Virus record (IMG/VR): IMGVR_UViG_3300042922_001441
Location: 1-33,090 of that record
Length of the DNA: 33,090 bases
Direction: 5' to 3' (one strand)
Source of the DNA: a virus
Lineage: Duplodnaviria; Caudoviricetes
The position numbers and the translations under genes were made by a program. Positions 26,304 to 33,090 of this stretch are shown here, one piece after another (within the stretch, counting starts at the first letter, position 1; each line of letters starts with the position of its first letter). The notes below the pieces were generated by a model that was given only the letters and a program-made list of their open reading frames with translations, did not search any database and was not told where the DNA came from.

Positions 26304-27077
26304 TTAAATTTGTGTTTCGATCACATTACCTTGCTCATCTATAATTACATAGCACATTTGCTCTGCATCAAATCCACACACTGAATTGGTAGCTTCATAT
26401 TGTTTAAGTGTATCAATCCAACTCAATATACTTTGGTTTAAATCTTCTTTTTCAATATAGCCATATGTAGTATCACTATTTATTTCTTCTAAGGCCTTAT
26501 ATGCTGATTTGATGCCATCAGCAATATTCATAATTTTTTCTATATCCATGTTGTTGGTATAGATATTATCCGATAACATATAATCATTTTCAGATTTAAA
26601 TATAAGTTTTGTGTTATCTATCCACATAATCGCAGTTTCACCTGTGACTTCTAACGTAATATCAAGATCATTGTTTGCATTCTCTTTGTTATCACGCTGC
26701 CATATATAGAAGATACTTTTTTTATAGTTTGCAATAGCTTCTTCAATGCGCTCTTTTATCTCATCCACACCCAGCCATATTAAATCCTTTAAAACCAAAT
26801 CTACCCCAAAACAACTTACGCTATCTACAAAGCAACCTTCAGGAGCAATATTTTCTAATTCATCTGCAATCTGAAAAATCTCATATGGTATTACATCAAA
26901 ACTTGCAAACTCTTCGTTTTCAGTGTGCGTACACTCGCTTATGTACATTTCAACATCTCGTTTATCTGCTTTTTCTAACGCTTCGCACACTTTTTGAAAT
27001 AGTACACCTAGAATTTCATTATTGTTTACGATAAAATCTTTACTTCTAAATTCCATTCCTTTTTTTACATTCTCCAT
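26304..27077 (-). CDS. Acidic hypothetical protein, paralog of 31196-32299
   Basis: Collinear shared motifs such as NYKKSIFYIW and VIIDEQGNVIETQ; GGAGG RBS. Confidence 0.8.
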   Translation of the reverse strand: MENVKKGMEFRSKDFIVNNNEILGVLFQKVCEALEKADKRDVEMYISECTHTENEEFASFDVIPYEIFQIADELENIAPEGCFVDSVSCFGVDLVLKDLIWLGVDEIKERIEEAIANYKKSIFYIWQRDNKENANNDLDITLEVTGETAIMWIDNTKLIFKSENDYMLSDNIYTNNMDIEKIMNIADGIKSAYKALEEINSDTTYGYIEKEDLNQSILSWIDTLKQYEATNSVCGFDAEQMCYVIIDEQGNVIETQI

Positions 27078-27140
27078 TTTTACATTCCTCCGTTTAATTT
27101 TATTTTTATAGTTTTGTTTTAAATAGGCTAATCTAACCTA

Positions 27141-27176
27141 CCACCTCAAGGCGGGGCAGTCGCCTCGCCGATAATA
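27141..27176. repeat. 36-bp GC-rich direct repeat, copy abutting the RNAP stop codon
   Basis: ccacctcaaggcggggcagtcgcctcgccgataata, identical to 30423-30458. Confidence 0.95.
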
Positions 27177-30100
27177 TCAATCTGTAATAAATATAGTTGC
27201 GCTTGTTTGTTTAGCAGATATATTAGCTATACTATATATACTAAAATCTTTTAAATCCTTGATATTGAGCGTATCGGTAATCTGTGTATTCTTAGCATCA
27301 TAGAAAACAAATCCTAAGTTTCTATTATCTACATACAACTCAATATTTTGTGTTCCATCACCTTTAGGTCTTGGCTTAACTTCAACTTTAGCATTTTCTT
27401 TTAATAAACTTATATTTTTAACACCGATCCTAATTTCCTTTTTAAATCCTTCGCCTAATCTTTTATAGGCTCTTACCTGCTGTTCGTATTGTAGATTTTC
27501 ATTCATATTGTATTTAGTAATTTCCTTCCTGTATTTCTTACCTAAGTATTCATATTTTCCTTCTTCATCTTGAATAAAAGCAGTAGTATCTTTTTTAACT
27601 TTATCTTTAAGTGCTGCATAGAGACTATTCCAGCAGTACGCAATTGTAAAATTTTCGCTTATTTTTTCTCTTACACATGCAAAAGCAATATATCTGAACC
27701 CATATTTTTCTTCTAACTCTTTAATAGCCAAAGTGGTCTTGCTATCCAACTTTTTAAACTCAGCACTCTTCACTTCGCTATCTTCATACTTTGTAAAGTG
27801 AATTGTGTTATGCTCTTCATTATGATTATCATAGATTAGCCTTAATTCTTTTTTAGACCTCTCAAATAGCTCTTCATCTACAACTTCATATGTCATATAC
27901 GGATAAAGCATTTTAGCCTTATTATCTGGTTTATTACTCTCTTCAATATCTTCTTTATAAAGAGTTCCAGCTATTCTTGATGCATTCATATTGATAGCAT
28001 TTTTTCTTATTTCAGTATTTATATTTTTAACATCTCTTTTAAGATACTTCATAAATCTTGGCTTTTTACAATCTTTCATAACGTCTTTTATAAGCTCCAT
28101 TTCTTCTTCTGGAATAGACTTAAGAGTTTTTGCTCTATCAATACCTAATTGTTGTAATCTAAGCAGATAATAACCATATTTTGTTTTATCATAAAATCCT
28201 TTTATAATCTCTTCTTTCAGCTCTTCCTCTGAATATTTCACCCACTCAGGAATAAGTTTACCAGTTTCAACTAATTCATCAATTTTCTGTATTACTTTTA
28301 ATCCTAATTCCATATACCTTGCTGAACGTTCTTTTTTATTTGATATCTTTTTCGCATCTTTATATAATTTTATAAATTTAGGATCATCTTTTATTTTCTG
28401 TTTGATATCGGAATAGGTATAATAATTGTTACTCTTTTGTCCTATATAACCAAGTTCTGTGCTTATATCCGTTACTACACTACCCCAATTGGCTAACCGT
28501 GTAATCTCATTACCACTAGCTCTAATTGTAGCTGTGTATCTATTTGTATAATCCTTTTCAAACTTCATTTCTCCGCTTGTAGATTTATCATCATCCAAAT
28601 TGATAAATTGATAATTATCCTCTGGCTCTACTACTGCATTATATATAGTAGGCTCATCTACACATAAGCAAAAATCGCCATCATAGTCCCCATCTAGTAC
28701 CTTATTATCCACTTGATTAAATATGATAATCTCCTGTGTTAAATCACCTAGATACTTATCATATATATCATTTTTACAAGTCTTAACTTTTCTCAACTCT
28801 GTATAGCAATTCAAAGGGCATCTTTCAAGAACATATTCTTTGTCTGCTAATCTTGGAATATAGAATTCATTTTCTTTTAAACTAAAATCAGCGTATTTGA
28901 TAGTATCATCTGTCCTTTTCAAGAGCCAAAACATAAGTGTTATAGGATCAGCAACCATGTACTTCCAGTCTGCATGTATATAGAATTTACTTCCACATAG
29001 CTCTCCAATTTTCTTATTGATTAATCTCGCTTTATCACGCTGAATGGTTCCTAGTTTTATAAAATCCTCATTCATATCAAGAAGTGCTTTCATTTTTGTG
29101 CTAGGTACTAACTCTTCTATTTTACCCTCTGCCTCTTGTTTAACGATGTCATTTAAAAACAGTTTAAGGGTATCTATATCATTGTCTAATATGCGTTTAT
29201 ACATATCCTCTGTATATTTGCTTAACTCTGCAATCTGATTTGGTGTAAGTGCTAAATTTCCAATTAGTTGATAGTTTGCTCTTGTCATTTTTTTACATTC
29301 GACTTTGTTGACTTTAGTTATAAATATATTGCTTATTAAGTCTTTGTAAGGTTCTTCAACTTCGGATATAAGTTTATTTACTTCTTCCATACCAAATATA
29401 GAACCATCTTTTTTATCAAGAAAATGCTTATACCATTTAGCACATGAAGTATTAACAATCATATCTGCATCAGCTACTGTCTGCCACTCACCATAGACAT
29501 TTTTAATTTCAGACTGACCATTTTTTCTTCTAAAGTAAGGTGTATCTTCTGTATAGTAGGTTGAAAAGAAATCATTAAAATCAACCCTAGTTAATCCACC
29601 TTTCATTGCCAGCCCTGCATAATATCTAAAAATGCAATAGTCTACTTTATAATCAAGTCCTAATTGCTCGCCTATACTATCAGCCATCTTAAGTGACATT
29701 ATTCCACCACCATCTGACATAACGTGTGCTTTAGGATGATCAGGTAATTTCTGTAGTTCTATATCTCCATCTACTATTTTAGGAGTGATATAGTTGGCTG
29801 TATAAGTAAATTCAATTTCATCTACAATGATTATCTTAGGTATATAATTTAATTTAAAAGACGTAGAAGTAGCTAATGATATTCTACTTAAAAAGTCTTT
29901 GCATATTTTTATATTCTTATCGTATAGATTATCGATCTTGCCAAGAGTTATTAGATTCTCAAAGAAGTCTCTGAAATCCTTTTTATCATCTTGAATAAAT
30001 AGCATCTGACACTTACCATCTTCTTCGCTTTCTTCATACTTCATCATAGATGGAGTGGCAAAATATCCAATATACTTTTTGCCATTAAACACTACACCAT

Positions 30101-30386
30101 CCTTACATAGTTTCAGTGCTGCTTCTTCATCTTCTGGAAGTGCTAATTTAAAGATTGAGTCAAATATCATATCCTTTTCTAATTGCTTGTCTGTGCCATA
30201 GTTATATTTAATATAGGCATCTAATAGAATGTTGTAGCCTGTTCTAGCTTCTTTTAATTTTAAAGTATCCTCATCATAATTTTTGATTTGAATACAATCT
30301 GTTTGCTCATAATTTAAATCTTGTTGTGTAAAGTTGTACATTTTTACCATTGTTTGTTTCTTCAATGTGACTCCCCCAATATACAT
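27177..30386 (-). CDS. Single-subunit two-barrel RNA polymerase (YonO / cellular RdRP-like); start probably TTG 30365
   Basis: Collinear RdRP-type motifs: FATPSMMK, SRISLATSTS, SDGGGIMS, IFRYYAGLAMKG, NYQLI, LKENEFYI, ERCP, catalytic DGDYDGD, IDRAKT, KPRFMKY. GGGGGAG RBS before TTG. Confidence 0.88.
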   Translation of the reverse strand: MYIGGVTLKKQTMVKMYNFTQQDLNYEQTDCIQIKNYDEDTLKLKEARTGYNILLDAYIKYNYGTDKQLEKDMIFDSIFKLALPEDEEAALKLCKDGVVFNGKKYIGYFATPSMMKYEESEEDGKCQMLFIQDDKKDFRDFFENLITLGKIDNLYDKNIKICKDFLSRISLATSTSFKLNYIPKIIIVDEIEFTYTANYITPKIVDGDIELQKLPDHPKAHVMSDGGGIMSLKMADSIGEQLGLDYKVDYCIFRYYAGLAMKGGLTRVDFNDFFSTYYTEDTPYFRRKNGQSEIKNVYGEWQTVADADMIVNTSCAKWYKHFLDKKDGSIFGMEEVNKLISEVEEPYKDLISNIFITKVNKVECKKMTRANYQLIGNLALTPNQIAELSKYTEDMYKRILDNDIDTLKLFLNDIVKQEAEGKIEELVPSTKMKALLDMNEDFIKLGTIQRDKARLINKKIGELCGSKFYIHADWKYMVADPITLMFWLLKRTDDTIKYADFSLKENEFYIPRLADKEYVLERCPLNCYTELRKVKTCKNDIYDKYLGDLTQEIIIFNQVDNKVLDGDYDGDFCLCVDEPTIYNAVVEPEDNYQFINLDDDKSTSGEMKFEKDYTNRYTATIRASGNEITRLANWGSVVTDISTELGYIGQKSNNYYTYSDIKQKIKDDPKFIKLYKDAKKISNKKERSARYMELGLKVIQKIDELVETGKLIPEWVKYSEEELKEEIIKGFYDKTKYGYYLLRLQQLGIDRAKTLKSIPEEEMELIKDVMKDCKKPRFMKYLKRDVKNINTEIRKNAINMNASRIAGTLYKEDIEESNKPDNKAKMLYPYMTYEVVDEELFERSKKELRLIYDNHNEEHNTIHFTKYEDSEVKSAEFKKLDSKTTLAIKELEEKYGFRYIAFACVREKISENFTIAYCWNSLYAALKDKVKKDTTAFIQDEEGKYEYLGKKYRKEITKYNMNENLQYEQQVRAYKRLGEGFKKEIRIGVKNISLLKENAKVEVKPRPKGDGTQNIELYVDNRNLGFVFYDAKNTQITDTLNIKDLKDFSIYSIANISAKQTSATIFITD

Positions 30387-30422
30387 AAATTTTAACTAAA
30401 TTTTCATAACCTTACGTTTCGT

Positions 30423-30458
30423 CCACCTCAAGGCGGGGCAGTCGCCTCGCCGATAATA
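30423..30458. repeat. 36-bp GC-rich direct repeat, copy upstream of the RNAP gene
   Basis: Identical to 27141-27176. Confidence 0.95.
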
Positions 30459-30476
30459 ATACATGTTCTTTTTATA

Positions 30477-31163
30477 TTAGTTTTTAGTTTTCATCATTGC
30501 ATCAATCTTATTTATCTTACCTTTATCAAAAACAACTATTTCTTCTATAATATCTAAGTACTTCTTACCCTTAATGATTGATGGTAAGACCATAATTTCT
30601 TTTTCACTTCTCTCATTGGTGTATAATAATACTCTTTCAATTGGTGCTCTAATCGAGATAACCTTAGCTGTTTCAGGTTGTTTCCTAGTTGCGAACCAAT
30701 AAGCAATATCTTTATCTAATGTGAAACTAAGTGCCTTTTTTAACTCAAAACTGCCTTGTATGATAAGTTTGTCAATAGTGTTAGGTGTTTCAAATACCCC
30801 TCTATATGCCTGTACATATCCATCAGAATCAATATAATCGGCTAAGTCTGTTTCAACTTGCTTAATCCTCTGTAACTTGTGATCGTTCGGCTCTCTATCA
30901 ATCATAGTCCTTAGTAGCCTTGAATAAGTATTTTCAATTGGTATGTGCTGATATAAATTTAAGAATAAATCTAACTCATACTCTTTGGGAATATGAGTTA
31001 GATACTTATCCATCACTAAAGATTTAAACATCCAATATGTGAATGTATTATAATCTCCAGATTTTAACGATAGGCTGAAAAACTTATTGAACCACTCATT
31101 ATGAGTGTGTGGTGATTCTGAAAACTTGAAGAAATCTATAAGAATTTGTTGTTCTTCGTCCAT
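30477..31163 (-). CDS. Putative ADP-ribosyltransferase-fold protein (R-S-E type)
   Basis: C-terminal half has AYRG, LSFTLDKDIAYWFA and SEKEIMV in the order and spacing of R-S-ExE ARTs. Confidence 0.6.
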   Translation of the reverse strand: MDEEQQILIDFFKFSESPHTHNEWFNKFFSLSLKSGDYNTFTYWMFKSLVMDKYLTHIPKEYELDLFLNLYQHIPIENTYSRLLRTMIDREPNDHKLQRIKQVETDLADYIDSDGYVQAYRGVFETPNTIDKLIIQGSFELKKALSFTLDKDIAYWFATRKQPETAKVISIRAPIERVLLYTNERSEKEIMVLPSIIKGKKYLDIIEEIVVFDKGKINKIDAMMKTKN

Positions 31164-31195
31164 TTTTAATTCCCCCTAATTTTATGATTGTCCCT

Positions 31196-32299
31196 TTAAT
31201 TAATTTGTTTCTCTTGAGTTTTAATAATGTTACCTTGCTCATCTATTACACAATAGAGATAACTTTCTTTAAGGGTAACATTATAGTAATTTCCTTCAGT
31301 ATATTTTAGTAGTTCTTTAATCCAACCTTTAGTACTATCAATAATTTTTTTTCTATCTTCATCTCTAAATCCTATCTCTTCTATTCCATCCAAGTCTGAT
31401 AATAAGTTATTTATAGTTTCTTTAATTGTTCGCTTATCCTCAAACTCCAAATTTTGACTATATACATTAGGAATCATTTGATAAGCACTACTTTTATCAA
31501 AGAAGAATGGTATACCATCAATCATAGTTTGCGCAACATCTCCTTTGGCGATCAAATATTTATTATCGTTTTTATGGATGTCCCATAAGTAATATATAGA
31601 ATTCTTATAATCGTTTAATAAGTCAATGATTGATAATCCAACCTTTTCAAACTCATTATTAATTAAATCTTGTACATTTATTGATTCAACATAATGATAA
31701 GTATGATTTGTAAAATTATCAAAATTGCCTTTGGTATGTTGTAATGTATTAGCAATTTCATTTAGATTAGTTGGTTGTACTGATACGAATTTAACCCCAT
31801 CAAATGTTATACTTAATGGAATATCAGTTTTTATGCAATCACAAATATCTCTCACTACATCACATAAAGTTTTATCAATAAGCGTCTTCTGTTCTTTTTC
31901 TTCATCTGGTGTATATGTGCCATTTATTTTACTTAAAAGCTTATTAACCAACTCAAGATGTTCAACATTCGATTCTCCTACGATATGGTTATCACATAAT
32001 ATTGCTTCTAAATCATTCTTTATTAAAGCCTTAATCTTATCTGTAAGTTCATCAATGGTCATACCTATAATATATGGTTTGCCAATAATTCCCGTAAACC
32101 TACAATTCATTGCTTCATGTTCATTTAAATAATTAGCCCTAATTTCTACTGAACTAATTGATTCGTCAATAACGATATTGGTTATTACATCATTAATTTC
32201 TTTTGACTTTTGGATAGAACACTTGGTAATCGTTTTATATTTAACACCACTATTAACTAATGCACTAATATCCATACCGCTTTTAAATTGATTTCTCAT
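31196..32299 (-). CDS. Hypothetical protein, paralog of 26304-27077 with an extra N-terminal region
   Basis: DYKNSIYYLW and CVIDEQGNIIKTQ; AAGGGGG RBS. Confidence 0.8.
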   Translation of the reverse strand: MRNQFKSGMDISALVNSGVKYKTITKCSIQKSKEINDVITNIVIDESISSVEIRANYLNEHEAMNCRFTGIIGKPYIIGMTIDELTDKIKALIKNDLEAILCDNHIVGESNVEHLELVNKLLSKINGTYTPDEEKEQKTLIDKTLCDVVRDICDCIKTDIPLSITFDGVKFVSVQPTNLNEIANTLQHTKGNFDNFTNHTYHYVESINVQDLINNEFEKVGLSIIDLLNDYKNSIYYLWDIHKNDNKYLIAKGDVAQTMIDGIPFFFDKSSAYQMIPNVYSQNLEFEDKRTIKETINNLLSDLDGIEEIGFRDEDRKKIIDSTKGWIKELLKYTEGNYYNVTLKESYLYCVIDEQGNIIKTQEKQIN

Positions 32300-32319
32300 C
32301 TTTAAATCCCCCTTAGTTT

Positions 32320-32658
32320 TTAGTGTAAATACGAACCATTGTGATATCTTAAATTCAGCCTATCTATTAACCCTTTTATAAATTGGTTTTCTTCTTTTAT
32401 ATTCCATTCATTGCAGGCATAACCCGCAACATTATGCATTACATTTTTAAAGAAATATGGTTTATCATCAAATATATGAAATGGATAGTATTCTCTTTCT
32501 TTTGCATCTTTTAAATGGCAAATAGTACTATCAATTATTTCTTCATCTTTAACGCACCAGCCATGCCGTATTAATACTTTTTCTCCTGTAGTTTCAATTT
32601 TAGAAGAAATAAATCCTATTACATAAGTATTCATTTCTTCTGCAAGCCATAGATTATA
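32320..32658 (-). pseudogene. 3' part of a phage gene (HGW..D motif), fused in frame to the istA fragment
   Basis: After AHYA the frame stops resembling IstA and continues YVIGF...RHGWCVKDEEIIDST. Confidence 0.55.
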
Positions 32659-33090
32659 AGCATAATGAGCACTGAAAGAGCGATATTTATTTTGAGGTTT
32701 TGCATAAAGGCCAAAGCCTTCCTTCACAGCTACTTTTGCATTGTCAAAGATAAGTCGTTTAGGAATACCACCAAAGAAGCTAAACATAAGCTGCTGGGCT
32801 TCAAGAAAAGATTCTTCATTGGCTGCCTTAAATACCTGAACAAATATATCACAGCTATAACAGAGCCTTCCACAGAATGTATAGAGCTTAGTTTTTTCGC
32901 CATTAATATAAACGGTAGCTTCTCCCCAATCAATCTGAATTGCTTCGCCAGGCTCATATGAGAGAGGTACATTAGCTTGAGGTGGTACTGAGTGTTCTTT
33001 CCTCAAGCTCTTCACAGCTTTGCGAATAGTAGATTCTGCACCTGAGAAACTTTTTTCCTCAACTAACCTGTCAAAAATACGCTTTGCAGT
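32659..33090 (-). mobile_element. istA: Truncated IS21-family transposase (istA), runs off the window edge
   Basis: TAKRIFDRL..E..FSGAESTIR, PGEAIQIDWG, FFGGIPKRLIFDNAK, FSAHYA. Two of the three DDE residues are present; the remainder is missing. Confidence 0.9.

Larger units (their letters stand above)
1..32660. mobile_element. Prophage (HK97-type head, siphovirus tail), ends not resolved
   Basis: Integrase plus contiguous co-oriented terminase, portal, protease, capsid, tail, tape measure, holin and endolysin genes. No att pair is visible inside the window. Confidence 0.95.

Noticed and set aside
27177-30386. Viral-type (right-hand) RdRP, reverse transcriptase or T7-like RNAP
   Set aside because: No palm-domain GDD/YxDD context or T7 motifs; motif order fits the two-barrel DxDGD family.
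30405-30440. Hammerhead-like 'GACGAAAC' next to the 36-bp repeat (minus strand)
   Set aside because: No CUGANGA core, and the second repeat copy lacks it.
1098-32961. Plus-strand ORFs antisense to phage genes (e.g. 1098-1304, 8894-9169, 11296-11637, 13322-13708, 17590-17856, 21282-21584, 29044-29238, 31725-32132, 32665-32961)
   Set aside because: Shadow frames of well-supported minus-strand genes, with no RBS or recognisable motifs.
1-33090. attL/attR pair, tRNA or rRNA genes
   Set aside because: No terminal direct repeat or cloverleaf recognised; the window begins at the integrase ATG, so the left att would lie outside it.

Overview
Low-GC (roughly 30% by eye), Clostridia-like temperate siphovirus prophage filling almost the whole window. 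A tyrosine integrase sits on + at the left edge, and nearly everything else is on the - strand. Read right to left: a truncated IS21 istA fused in frame to a phage ORF; an unusual early module (two paralogous unknowns, an ADP-ribosyltransferase-like ORF, a ~1060-aa two-barrel RNA polymerase of the YonO/cellular-RdRP type flanked by identical 36-bp GC-rich repeats, and a RepL-like initiator with iteron-like repeats); a GIY-YIG nuclease; membrane-protein morons; an HK97-type packaging/head module; a non-contractile tail module with a -1 frameshift chaperone; an accessory island (NYN RNase with a 3' repeat array, candidate type I toxin/antisense pair, scrambled methyltransferase relic); holin, M15 endolysin and a two-gene moron. 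The standout is a compact ~33-kb temperate phage that appears to carry its own RNA polymerase next to an ART-like gene, with no recognisable repressor, helicase/primase or ArpU/RinA-type late activator in view. All calls come from motif reading by eye; no searches were run.
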